Shown in pieces: positions 8,945-17,794 of a stretch of 53,070 nt of DNA. This stretch comes from Planctomycetota bacterium (GTDB lineage: Bacteria > Planctomycetota > GCA-002687715 > DRQF01). A program made the translations under genes and the position numbers. Under the pieces are notes generated by a model. The model was not told the origin of the DNA, did not search any database, and was given only the letters and a program-made list of their open reading frames with translations. Position 1 is the first letter of the stretch, and every line of letters starts with the position of its first letter. The stretch covers positions 1 through 53,070 of the forward strand of contig JAZGFI010000174.1 in assembly GCA_036479435.1 (NCBI GenBank), written 5' to 3'.

Positions 8945-10057
8945 ATGACTCAAAGATTGTGGGTCGGCACCCGAAAAGGCCTGTTCCGTTTCGATCTCGC
9001 GGATTCTGGAGCATGGAACCTCGGCCGAAAGGCCTTCGTGGGTGACCCAGTAACCGCTGTGTTGCCCCTGGCGGACGGCAGGACGGTCTTGGCGGGCCTC
9101 GATCACGGCCATTTCGGTTGCAAGATTCAACGTTCCGAAGACGGCGGTGATAGCTGGGCGGAAGTCGGGGTTCCGGTCTATCCCAAAAAGCCCGAAAGCT
9201 CCGAAGACTTTGACCCAGGGCGGGGGAGGCCGATCCCTTGGTCCACTAAGTTGATTTGGAGTCTCGACGGGGGAGGGGGCGACCACCCGCGTCGAGTTTG
9301 GTGCGGAACGATACCCGGGGGCTTGTTTAAGAGCGAGGACGCCGGCTCGACTTGGGAACTGGTCGAATCGCTGTGGAACAACCCCGGACGCAAGAAGTGG
9401 TTCGGCGGCGGGATGGACCTTCCGGGCATCCACTCTGTTCTTGTCGATCCACGGGATTCGGATGTCTTGTTGGTGGGAGTTTCCTGTGGCGGTGTGTGGC
9501 GTAGTGAAGACAGTGGTGCTTCCTGGGCGCAGAGCGCACATGGGATGCGCGCGGATTACCTCCCCAAAGAACAAGCCTTCGAGCCGGACAGCCAAGACCC
9601 CCACCGATTGGCGCAATGCCGCGATCATCCCGATCGCGTGTGGACTCAACACCACAACGGGATCTTTCGGAGTGACGATTCGGGGCGTAACTGGCTTGCC
9701 ATTGAAGACGTTAGCCCTTCGGACTTTGGCTTTGGCGTCGTCTGTCATCCGCGAAATCCTGATACCGCTTGGTTCGTTCCCGCCGTCAAGGACGAGATTC
9801 GCGTGCCCGTCGATGGCCGCTTTGTCGTCACGAAAACCGAAGATGGTGGCAAGAGTTTTCGTTCTTTGACCCAAGGCCTTCCGTCAGGTGAAGCCTGGGA
9901 TCTGGTATTCCGCCACGCCCTTGCCCTCGATGAAGATTCGATTCGCATCGGCCTTGGGAGTACGACCGGTTCACTTTGGGTCAGTGGCGAAAGCGGCGAG
10001 AGTTTTGAACAGCTAAGCGCCCATTTGCCGCCGATTTACGTCATCAGATTCTCCTGA
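8945..10057 (+). CDS. BNR/Asp-box beta-propeller protein (sialidase-like fold)
   Basis: Repeated SxDxGxxW Asp-boxes (RSEDGGDSW, KSEDAGSTW, RSEDSGASW, RSDDSGRNW, KTEDGGKSF). Starts 1 nt after the MoaD stop; no signal peptide. Confidence 0.88.
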   Translation: MTQRLWVGTRKGLFRFDLADSGAWNLGRKAFVGDPVTAVLPLADGRTVLAGLDHGHFGCKIQRSEDGGDSWAEVGVPVYPKKPESSEDFDPGRGRPIPWSTKLIWSLDGGGGDHPRRVWCGTIPGGLFKSEDAGSTWELVESLWNNPGRKKWFGGGMDLPGIHSVLVDPRDSDVLLVGVSCGGVWRSEDSGASWAQSAHGMRADYLPKEQAFEPDSQDPHRLAQCRDHPDRVWTQHHNGIFRSDDSGRNWLAIEDVSPSDFGFGVVCHPRNPDTAWFVPAVKDEIRVPVDGRFVVTKTEDGGKSFRSLTQGLPSGEAWDLVFRHALALDEDSIRIGLGSTTGSLWVSGESGESFEQLSAHLPPIYVIRFS

Positions 10058-10093
10058 TCGCGAGCTTGTTGAGGGTTCGAATAATAGATTTCT

Positions 10094-10120
10094 CTGATCG
10101 CTTCCATTGCCGATTGCGTG
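10094..10120 (+). promoter_or_regulatory. Conserved upstream motif CTGATCG-N11-GATYGCGTG, copy 1 (ECF-promoter-like)
   Basis: The same two boxes with an 11-nt spacer lie 49-50 nt before the ATG of all three paralogs. Confidence 0.6.
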
Positions 10121-10170
10121 AGCCTGTTGACGGCGTACGGCGCTGTCCTTCAGAATATTGGAGCGATCTC

Positions 10171-11409
10171 ATGCAAAAAACGATCTCGAATTCCGTTCTT
10201 GTGGCTCTCATTGCCCTGTCCCTGACGGCAGTCGCGGGCGCTCAAGTGACCTACACCATGGCCCAGGCCACTCCTGGTGCCGCCGAAGCGACTTATCTGC
10301 CCACCGCGGCCTACCCCAACGGCCAAACCGCACCTTTTGGTGTCGCCCCTTTGCCCAACGCCGCGGCGCTCGTTCCCGTGAACCCGATCTCCGGAGGGAT
10401 GGCGAGCGACGATCGGCAGGCGCGTATCTACACGACTGATGGCTTGCAAATGGCCATCGACCTAAACCCGACCTACTTACCGTTCACTCCGACCCTGCCG
10501 CCTCCGCCCGGCGCTTTTCCGATCGCCATTCCTGTTGGACTGACACCCGTAACGGGTCTGTGCTTCGACGATGGAGCCAACCAGCTCTGGGCTTGCGACG
10601 CCAACAACTTTTGGCCCATGAATAAGGCCGCACCCTTCAACGCGCTGGGCGCGCCGCTTCCCATGCCAGTGATTGCTGGCGCCGCCGTGGTCGGATTGGG
10701 CTATGACTCCTGTGACGGCACCCTTTGGGCTGTCGACATCACCGGGGCCATTTTCCACTTCACGACGGGCGGCTTTCCGATCGGTTTGCAGCCGGTCAAT
10801 GTCATCTTCCCCCAGGGCATTCCAAGCCTCGCCGTCAACACCACCAACGGTGCCGGTGCGCTCTTCGCAGCGCCGCCCTGCTCAACGCAGGTGCCTGGCT
10901 ATCACATTACGGTGAGCGACGGCTTTCAGGTTCACGATGCGGTGAACCCGAACCCGCCCATCCCGATGGTCTCGGCCGCGGTTGGCAACCCCTTGTTCGG
11001 CCACACCTACAGCAGTGATTTTCAAATCAAACAGTGCTTCAATGCGGCCGGATTGCCCTACTGCACGATTCCCCAGCCCCGCGCCGGTACGAACCGTCCG
11101 AGCTACACCGGTCCCACCGCAATGGGCCATACTCTTCGCTTGGTCGGGGCACCGCCCTTGGTGTCGGGATTCATTCTCGCCGACCTTTGCCCTTTGGCGA
11201 CCTGCTGGAATGGCCTTTGGATCAACCCCTTTAGTTGGATTCTCGGCGGGATCATCACTGATGCCGCCGGAGAATACACGCTGCCCGCGAGCCTCTTTGG
11301 TCCTCTCAAGGGGTTTCAAATCAGCTTCCAATTCGCGGTTCCCGACGTGGGAGCGCCGCTCGGTTACTGCTTGACGAACCTCGTCACTTTTACCGCTGGC
11401 GCTCCTTAG
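10171..11409 (+). CDS. Secreted Pro/Gly/Ala-rich protein, paralog 1 (propeller-like repeats plus conserved C-terminal domain)
   Basis: GGAG before ATG 10171; signal peptide ending AGA-Q; blade-like GLCFDD..LWACD and GLGYDS..LWAVD; clearly homologous to the next two ORFs. Confidence 0.85.
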   Translation: MQKTISNSVLVALIALSLTAVAGAQVTYTMAQATPGAAEATYLPTAAYPNGQTAPFGVAPLPNAAALVPVNPISGGMASDDRQARIYTTDGLQMAIDLNPTYLPFTPTLPPPPGAFPIAIPVGLTPVTGLCFDDGANQLWACDANNFWPMNKAAPFNALGAPLPMPVIAGAAVVGLGYDSCDGTLWAVDITGAIFHFTTGGFPIGLQPVNVIFPQGIPSLAVNTTNGAGALFAAPPCSTQVPGYHITVSDGFQVHDAVNPNPPIPMVSAAVGNPLFGHTYSSDFQIKQCFNAAGLPYCTIPQPRAGTNRPSYTGPTAMGHTLRLVGAPPLVSGFILADLCPLATCWNGLWINPFSWILGGIITDAAGEYTLPASLFGPLKGFQISFQFAVPDVGAPLGYCLTNLVTFTAGAP

Positions 11410-11460
11410 ATCAGCTAATACTCAATCAAGTCGCGCGGGAACGGCCGAGTGACTTGTGGA

Positions 11461-11504
11461 GGCGCTCCTTGGATCTACTCGATCGAAGGAGCGCCACTTT
11501 TTTG
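11461..11504 (+). terminator. Intrinsic terminator after paralog 1
   Basis: GGCGCTCCTT...AAGGAGCGCC stem followed by a T-run. Confidence 0.75.
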
Positions 11505-11556
11505 CTGGCACGCGCGCGAAAAGCTGCCTACTACCACGCCAAATCCGGGAAATAAC

Positions 11557-11583
11557 CTGATCGTCGACCCGCCAGATCGCGTG
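11557..11583 (+). promoter_or_regulatory. Conserved upstream motif, copy 2
   Basis: CTGATCG-tcgacccgcca-GATCGCGTG, 50 nt before ATG 11634. Confidence 0.6.
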
Positions 11584-11633
11584 GTGCTGATGACAGCGGA
11601 CACCGCTGTTCCTCATTATTACGGAGCGATCTC

Positions 11634-12869
11634 ATGTTGAAGACGATCACGCAGTCTGTCTTGGTAATCTTGCTCATTGTTTCACTCGCCAGCGCCGTCG
11701 CCGCCCAGGTGACCTACACCATGGCCCAAACATCGCCAGGTTTGGCGGAGGCGACCTACCTTCCCACCGCAGCCTATCCGAACGGACAAACCGCGCCTTT
11801 CGGCATCGTGGTCCTGCCCAACGCCGCGCTGCTGCCGCCGGTCAACTCCTTCGCGGGAGGCATGGCCAGCGACGACCGCCAGGCGTACATCTACACCAGC
11901 AACGGCGATATGATGGCCATCGACTTGAATCCGACCTACGCGCCATTCACGGCCTTTCCGGCTCCTCCGCCGGGTGTGCCTCTGATCGCCTTACCTGCGG
12001 GATCTGGTCCCGTGACGGGACTGTGTTTCGACGACGCCGCCAATCAGCTTTGGGCCTGCGATGCTTTTAGTTTCTGGCCGATGAACAAAGTTGCTCCCTT
12101 CAACGCCCTCGCTGCACCCTTGCCCTTGCCGGCGGCACCTGGGCCTTTTGTCGGTTTGGGCTACGACCCCTGTGACAACAGCCTGTGGGGCGTCGACATC
12201 GGCGGCGCGATCTTTCACTTCACGACCGCCGGTGCGCCGATTGGTCCGCAGCCCGTGAACGTGATCTTCCCTCAGGGCATCCCGAGTCTTGCCGTCAACA
12301 CGACCAATGGTGCAGGCGCACTGTTCGGTCCACCCGCCTGCTCGACGCAAGTTGTTGGCTATCACATCACGGTAAGTGACGGTTTCCAGGTCCACGACGC
12401 CGTCAATCCGAATCCGCCGATCCCCATGACATCTTCCGCGACGGGAAATCCCCTGTTTGGTCACACTTACAGCAGCGATTTCCAGACCAAAAATTGCATC
12501 TTGTCTGACGGCAGCGTGCCCTGCAGCATTCCCCAGCCCCTAGCCGGCACCAACCGCCCGAGCTACGTCGGCCCCACTGGCATGGGGCACACTCTACGGC
12601 TAGTCGGAGCACCGCCCTTGGTGGCGGGCTTCATCCTCGCAGATTTCTGCCCGCTGCCGACCTGTTGGAACGGCCTTTGGCTCAATCCCTTCATTTGGAT
12701 TTTGGGGGGTATCGTCACGGATGCCGCCGGCGAGTACACCCTTCCCGCGAGCCTCTTTGCGCCGATCAAGGGTTTTCAGATCAGCTTCCAGTTCGCGGTG
12801 CCAGATGTCGGGGCGCCCCTTGGCTATTGCCTTACGAACCTGGTGACTTTCACCGCCGGGGCTCCCTAA
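11634..12869 (+). CDS. Secreted protein, paralog 2
   Basis: Colinear with and highly similar to paralog 1; identical GGAGCGATCTCATG start context. Confidence 0.87.
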   Translation: MLKTITQSVLVILLIVSLASAVAAQVTYTMAQTSPGLAEATYLPTAAYPNGQTAPFGIVVLPNAALLPPVNSFAGGMASDDRQAYIYTSNGDMMAIDLNPTYAPFTAFPAPPPGVPLIALPAGSGPVTGLCFDDAANQLWACDAFSFWPMNKVAPFNALAAPLPLPAAPGPFVGLGYDPCDNSLWGVDIGGAIFHFTTAGAPIGPQPVNVIFPQGIPSLAVNTTNGAGALFGPPACSTQVVGYHITVSDGFQVHDAVNPNPPIPMTSSATGNPLFGHTYSSDFQTKNCILSDGSVPCSIPQPLAGTNRPSYVGPTGMGHTLRLVGAPPLVAGFILADFCPLPTCWNGLWLNPFIWILGGIVTDAAGEYTLPASLFAPIKGFQISFQFAVPDVGAPLGYCLTNLVTFTAGAP

Positions 12870-12908
12870 GCGATCTTGCGGGCCGCAATCTTAGTGCCAA
12901 AAGAAACA

Positions 12909-12954
12909 GGGCTTACCCCGGTCTTTGAGATCGAGGTGGGCCCAGTCTTTTTTC
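12909..12954 (+). terminator. Probable terminator after paralog 2
   Basis: GGGCTTACC...GGTGGGCCC imperfect stem with an A-rich 5' flank and a 3' T-run. Confidence 0.6.
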
Positions 12955-12963
12955 TGCTTTCCG

Positions 12964-12990
12964 CTGATCGCTTCTATCTGCGATTGCGTG
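12964..12990 (+). promoter_or_regulatory. Conserved upstream motif, copy 3
   Basis: CTGATCG-cttctatctgc-GATTGCGTG, 49 nt before ATG 13040. Confidence 0.6.
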
Positions 12991-13039
12991 TGGCTTTTAG
13001 TGCGCCTCACTAACTACCTAAAGGCCCCGGAGCTTACTG

Positions 13040-14263
13040 ATGTCTCTTCACCGTGTGTTGCCTCTGCTCTTTGTCTTGTGTGCTGGGCTTGCGGTTCAAG
13101 CCTCAGCCCAAGTTACCTACACCTTCGGCCCGGGCGTTCCCAACGTCGGAACGGCGACCTACATGCCGACGGCGGCCTATCCAGCGGGCACAGCGGCGCC
13201 CGGCGCGGATCTAAACCTCGTCAACGCGTCGGGACTGCTCGTCACGCCGATTGCCTTTTCAGGCGGCATGGCGAGCGACGATCGCAATGGCATCATCTAC
13301 ACCTCAAATGGCATCGAGATCGCGATGGACCAAAACCTGACTTATGCGGGGCTGGGACCGCTGCCGATCGTGCCTCCGGGGATCAGTCCCATTCTTTTGC
13401 CCTTCAGCGCGGGCCCGGTGACGGGACTCGCCTTCCAAGACGGCCCCAACAATCTTTGGGCCTGCGACTTCAACTCGTTTTGGCCTATGGGTGCGTTGCC
13501 GCCCTTTCCTGCAACCGCGGCGCCGCTCCCGATTCCGGGCCTGCTAAACGCCGCCTCCGGCCTCGGCTACGACCCCGCTGACAATAGCCTTTGGGCCTGC
13601 GACATCATGGGGTTCATCTATCATTTCAGTCCCGGCGGTGCGCCGATTGGATTACAGCCGGTCAATGTAGTGGGAGCGGTGGGCCAAGTGAATGGCCTTG
13701 CCATCAATAGCAGCAACGGTGCGGGTGCTTTCGTCAGTCCGCCCTGCAGCACGCAGACCCCGGGATACCACGTCACGGTTTCTGACGGATTTTTTGTTTA
13801 CGACGCCACAGGACTCGCGACCCCCATCCCCATGTCGCCTCTCATCGCCGCTAATGTCATCTGGGGCCACACCTTCTCCAGCGACTTCCAAACTAAGCGC
13901 TGCCCGACTCCGGGCATCAGCGTCGTTCCTCCGCCCTTTGCCGGGACCGAGCGAGTTAATTACGTCGGCCCCGGAGCGCCGCAGTCTCTGCGCTGCATCG
14001 GAGCCACACCGTTGACCACCGGATTCCTCGTCGCAGACTTGTGTCCGACATCGACCTGTTTCTTCGGCCTTTGGTTTTCACCCTTCAGCTGGACTCTCGT
14101 CGGCGTCACGACCGACCTCGCTGGCGAGGTCACCTTCCCCGTCAGCTTCGGCTTTTTCCCGGCCGGGGTGCAGTTCAGCTTCCAGTGGGCCATCCTCGAT
14201 CCCCCCTCTCCCCTGGGCTACAGATTCAGCAATCTCTGCACCGTGACGACAGGATTGCCATAA
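13040..14263 (+). CDS. Secreted protein, paralog 3 (more diverged)
   Basis: Signal peptide ending ASA-QVTYT. Shares GGMASDDR, LWACD, GYHVTVSDG, SSDFQ and the C-terminal domain with paralogs 1 and 2. Confidence 0.87.
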   Translation: MSLHRVLPLLFVLCAGLAVQASAQVTYTFGPGVPNVGTATYMPTAAYPAGTAAPGADLNLVNASGLLVTPIAFSGGMASDDRNGIIYTSNGIEIAMDQNLTYAGLGPLPIVPPGISPILLPFSAGPVTGLAFQDGPNNLWACDFNSFWPMGALPPFPATAAPLPIPGLLNAASGLGYDPADNSLWACDIMGFIYHFSPGGAPIGLQPVNVVGAVGQVNGLAINSSNGAGAFVSPPCSTQTPGYHVTVSDGFFVYDATGLATPIPMSPLIAANVIWGHTFSSDFQTKRCPTPGISVVPPPFAGTERVNYVGPGAPQSLRCIGATPLTTGFLVADLCPTSTCFFGLWFSPFSWTLVGVTTDLAGEVTFPVSFGFFPAGVQFSFQWAILDPPSPLGYRFSNLCTVTTGLP

Positions 14264-14309
14264 CGAAGGCTGCCGTGATCGCGGGCAAGGAGAGATCCGC
14301 GATCCGCTT

Positions 14310-14351
14310 GACGGGCCCAACGACCTCGGTTGTCGGGCCCGTCTTTTTTTT
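14310..14351 (+). terminator. Intrinsic terminator after paralog 3
   Basis: GACGGGCCC...GGGCCCGTC stem followed by a long T-run. Confidence 0.85.
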
Positions 14352-14384
14352 CATCCCTAACAGCCAAATGGTTAGGGTTTCGCC

Positions 14385-15275
14385 ATGCATCCTTATACCG
14401 GCGTGGCGGCGGCGCTTGGATCGACTTTGATCTGGGCCTACTCGTCCGTTTTGTTCCAGCGAGCGATTGCGCGTTACGGCGCTTTTACCTGCAACATGTT
14501 CAAGGCCTTTGTGGGCATGAACTTATTTTGGTTGACGGTGCTTGTCCTTGGATTGAATGGCGACTTTGGTTTCGGCAGCGTCCAGGGAACTTGGATGCTG
14601 GTTATCTCGGGACTGGCGGGAATGGCCTTCGGAGACTGGGCCTACTTCGCGGCCATTGGTCACTTGGGCGTCAAGCAGGCGACGCTTCTCCACGGCACCG
14701 CACCCCTATTTTTGCTGTTGTGGTCTTTGACGGCTCCGGTCGTGACCTTAAGTCACTTTGAGATCATGGGAGTTGTTGCCGTGGTACTGGGCGTGTCTTT
14801 GGTCAGTTGGCGGGCCGCCAATCCGGGCGGCGGGTCACGCGGCATCGGCATTTGCTTTGGCGGCCTTGCCGCATTGGGCCAAGCCACTGGAATACTCTTA
14901 TCCCACCAAGCGCTCCAAGAATGTCATCCACTCTCGGGTGCGGCCGTGCGGCTCTCGGGCGCGTTTTTGGGTTTGCTTTTGGTCCAGGCGTTTCGCGGAC
15001 GTCTAAAAAGAACTTGGCGATCCCTTCAGGAAAGTGGCATTTGGAAATCGATGCTCTTTCCGAGTTTCATCGGCACCTTCATCGGGATTTTCTTCATGAT
15101 GATCGCGATCGAGCGCTCGCCACCGGCCGTCTCCGGTGCCTTGCTGGCCACAACGCCGATCTTTGTCATTCCCTTTGCGATGGTGATGCTGAAGGAAAAG
15201 GCGACGGTGCGGGCGGTGATCGGCACCGCGGTCGTGGTGGCCGGAGTTGCTTTGGTCAGCTTCGGAATGCGTTAG
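14385..15275 (+). CDS. DMT/EamA family transporter
   Basis: 296 aa with about 10 hydrophobic helices in two repeats; GDWAYFAAI..LGVKQA and TTPIFVIPFA..LKEK patterns. Confidence 0.9.
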   Translation: MHPYTGVAAALGSTLIWAYSSVLFQRAIARYGAFTCNMFKAFVGMNLFWLTVLVLGLNGDFGFGSVQGTWMLVISGLAGMAFGDWAYFAAIGHLGVKQATLLHGTAPLFLLLWSLTAPVVTLSHFEIMGVVAVVLGVSLVSWRAANPGGGSRGIGICFGGLAALGQATGILLSHQALQECHPLSGAAVRLSGAFLGLLLVQAFRGRLKRTWRSLQESGIWKSMLFPSFIGTFIGIFFMMIAIERSPPAVSGALLATTPIFVIPFAMVMLKEKATVRAVIGTAVVVAGVALVSFGMR

Positions 15276-15297
15276 TGAAAAAGGGGGTGGCGCAGCG

Positions 15298-16701
15298 ATG
15301 AGTACTTTCGATCAAGATGACCTCGACGCCGCCTTACGCCTGGTGTCGGAGGCGATCCGTTCGCGGGCCCACAAGCCCCTCGGCCTCGCCTTGCGAGCGA
15401 AGGCGGATGCTCAAGCCGCCGTTGATTCCCTCCTTCGTTTTGAAACACCACAACGACTGCAAGACCTCGTTCGGGACGCGATCAGCGCGCTCAGTCGCGG
15501 CGCCGTCCAGGGCGGGCATCCCGGACATTTCGGATTTTTTCGAGGCGCGACGGGAGCTGATGTGGTGGTGGCCGAAGCTCTCGTTGCCCTGTTTGATCCC
15601 CAGTTGGCCTTGCGCGTGGAAGCACCGGCGCTCTGCCGCCTTGAGGCCGAAGCTCTGAGACAACTGGCGACGAAACTTGGCTTTGAAGGAGCCGCGTCTT
15701 GGGCGACGAGTGGGGCGACAGAGTCCAACCGGCTGGCCATTTTGGCGGCTCTCGCGATCAAACGTCCCGAATTTGCGAACCTGGGCTTGGCAGGATCAAG
15801 ACCGCTGCGGGTCTACGCGTCCTCTGATTCACACGGCTCTCTCGAAAAAGCCGTCGTCTCGCTCGGCTTGGGAAGGCGCGGCTTGTGCCGAGTCGGATTA
15901 AACCAGATGCGCCGCCTTGACGTCGCCGCCTTGAGGCAGCAGTTGGCCCATGATCGCGAGGCGGGGATCGAGGCTTTGGCGGTCGTCGCCACCTTTGGCA
16001 CCACGGCCGCGGGCGCCATCGACGACATCCCAGCCTTGGCGGCCTTGGCCAAAGAGCAGGGGCTCTTTTTGCACATCGATGCGGCCTGGGGCGGCCTCGC
16101 GGCATTCTCGACGATGCGCGCGCCGCTTTGTGCCGGCTTTGACCAAGCCGACAGCCTGGCTTTCGATGGTCACAAGGGTCTCGGCTTGCCGACCGGAAGC
16201 GGGTTCTTCTTTGCCAGGAATCGGGATTGGCCCACTTCAGCATTTGATCCCGCCGCGTCAACCTACATGCCGCAACGATCATCGCTCAAGGTCGACTTTG
16301 ACGATCTGGACCCTTACCGCCGCGGTCCGCTTTGGTCGCGCCGCCTCGCCACTTTGGGCCTGTGCTTCCGCCTTGCGTCTTGGGGATGGCCCGCACTCTC
16401 AACTGCGATTGAAGGCCGTTTCAAGCTGGTTGAAGACCTCGCCGAAAGGCTCACGACGGCCAACTGGAAAGTGACGCGCTTCAGTGATCTGCCCTTGCTG
16501 TTGTTTCGAAAAGACGGCGTGGATTGTGAAGAATACGCGCGCCGCGTTCGTCGCCGCGGCCGGGTGTGGATCGCCGTGATCAACCTTGAATCGACAAGCT
16601 ATCTCCGCGTCGCGATAACCAACCTTAGTAGCGGCGAAAGCGACCTGAATGCACTGATGAAAGAACTCGATGCCGTGCGGCTCGACCTCGAATCAGCTTA
16701 G
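15298..16701 (+). CDS. Group II PLP-dependent decarboxylase, substrate unknown
   Basis: SGATESN, HGSLEKA, GTTAAGAIDD, HIDAAWGG, and DSLAFDGHKG (PLP lysine). Confidence 0.88.
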   Translation: MSTFDQDDLDAALRLVSEAIRSRAHKPLGLALRAKADAQAAVDSLLRFETPQRLQDLVRDAISALSRGAVQGGHPGHFGFFRGATGADVVVAEALVALFDPQLALRVEAPALCRLEAEALRQLATKLGFEGAASWATSGATESNRLAILAALAIKRPEFANLGLAGSRPLRVYASSDSHGSLEKAVVSLGLGRRGLCRVGLNQMRRLDVAALRQQLAHDREAGIEALAVVATFGTTAAGAIDDIPALAALAKEQGLFLHIDAAWGGLAAFSTMRAPLCAGFDQADSLAFDGHKGLGLPTGSGFFFARNRDWPTSAFDPAASTYMPQRSSLKVDFDDLDPYRRGPLWSRRLATLGLCFRLASWGWPALSTAIEGRFKLVEDLAERLTTANWKVTRFSDLPLLLFRKDGVDCEEYARRVRRRGRVWIAVINLESTSYLRVAITNLSSGESDLNALMKELDAVRLDLESA

Positions 16702-16708
16702 GCTTGAC

Positions 16709-17125
16709 CTAGGGCCTCGCTTCTTCCGCCGCCGCGAGCAGCCTGATGCGCTCGACCATCGAATGAAGTCCATTGGAACGCAAGGGACTCAAGTGCTCAT
16801 CGAGCCCGAGTTTTCCAAAATGTTCTTTGATCGGAACTTCAAGAATCTCAGCCGGCGTGCGGCCCGAGTAGATGATCATCAAAATCGCAATGAGCCCGCG
16901 CACGATATGGGCGTCACTATCGGCGATGAACTCGAGCCGCCCTGTGTCGCCTTGGACCTTGTGCACCATCCAGACCTGACTTTGACAACCGCGGACCTTC
17001 GACTCATCGTTCTTCAGACCGTCGTCCATCGGGGCCAGCTTGCGCCCCAGGTCGATGATGAGGGCGTAGCGCTCCTCCCAGTCGTCTAAAAAGTCAAAAG
17101 TGCTGACCAGCTTGTCCAGGTTCAT
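16709..17125 (-). CDS. sufE: SufE family Fe-S assembly sulfur acceptor
   Basis: DWEERY, VRGCQSQVW (catalytic Cys), DSDAHIVRGL, LSPLRSNGL. Confidence 0.93.
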   Translation of the reverse strand: MNLDKLVSTFDFLDDWEERYALIIDLGRKLAPMDDGLKNDESKVRGCQSQVWMVHKVQGDTGRLEFIADSDAHIVRGLIAILMIIYSGRTPAEILEVPIKEHFGKLGLDEHLSPLRSNGLHSMVERIRLLAAAEEARP

Positions 17126-17188
17126 GCTTACTCTCGTCGGGAGGCCTCGGTATAACAGCCCCCACAAGACACCGCCAGGAGCCCGAAC

Positions 17189-17779
17189 ATGGCTAACGCC
17201 GCTCGCGACGAGTTACTCAATCTGATCCTCAAAGTCTCTTTTGAGCGTCGCAAGGTGGTCCTGGCGAGTGGGAGAGAGAGCGACTTTTACCTCGACTTAC
17301 GCCAAACCTTGATGCGCCCCCGCGGTGTCGCGCTGGCCGGAAGACTCGCCTTGGAGTGCCTGTCCGAAGGTGCGGAAATCGATGCGGTGGGGGGGATGGC
17401 CGTGGGGGCGGTGCCCTTTGTTTCAGCAGTCTTGGCCGCAGCGGACCGATCTGCCGTGGCCAACGTCAATCAAGCCGCTACGTCAGCTGCCAACTACGAA
17501 AACCTGGTCGGGTTTTTCGTGCGCAAGGAATCCAAGAAACACGGTCTGGCTCGCCAGATCGAAGGGGGCTTTCAATCGGGGATGGCGGTAGCCTTACTCG
17601 AAGATACGACGACGACGGGGGGGTCAACGTTAGACGCTTGCCGGATCGTTGAAGCCGCGGGCGGTAAAGTGGCGCGCGTTCTTTGTCTCGTCGATCGTGG
17701 CGAAGGCGCCAAAGAGGCCTTTACCGCCGCTGGCTATCGCTTGGAATCACTGTTTTCGAGATCGGACTTGCCCGTCTAA
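17189..17779 (+). CDS. pyrE: Orotate phosphoribosyltransferase
   Basis: LASGRESDFYLD, VRKESKKHG and the PRPP motif LLEDTTTTGGS. Confidence 0.92.
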   Translation: MANAARDELLNLILKVSFERRKVVLASGRESDFYLDLRQTLMRPRGVALAGRLALECLSEGAEIDAVGGMAVGAVPFVSAVLAAADRSAVANVNQAATSAANYENLVGFFVRKESKKHGLARQIEGGFQSGMAVALLEDTTTTGGSTLDACRIVEAAGGKVARVLCLVDRGEGAKEAFTAAGYRLESLFSRSDLPV

Positions 17780-17794
17780 CTAAGGGCGGTGAAC

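Noticed and set aside
8894..9874. 326-aa - strand ORF
   Set aside because: Antisense shadow of the BNR protein.
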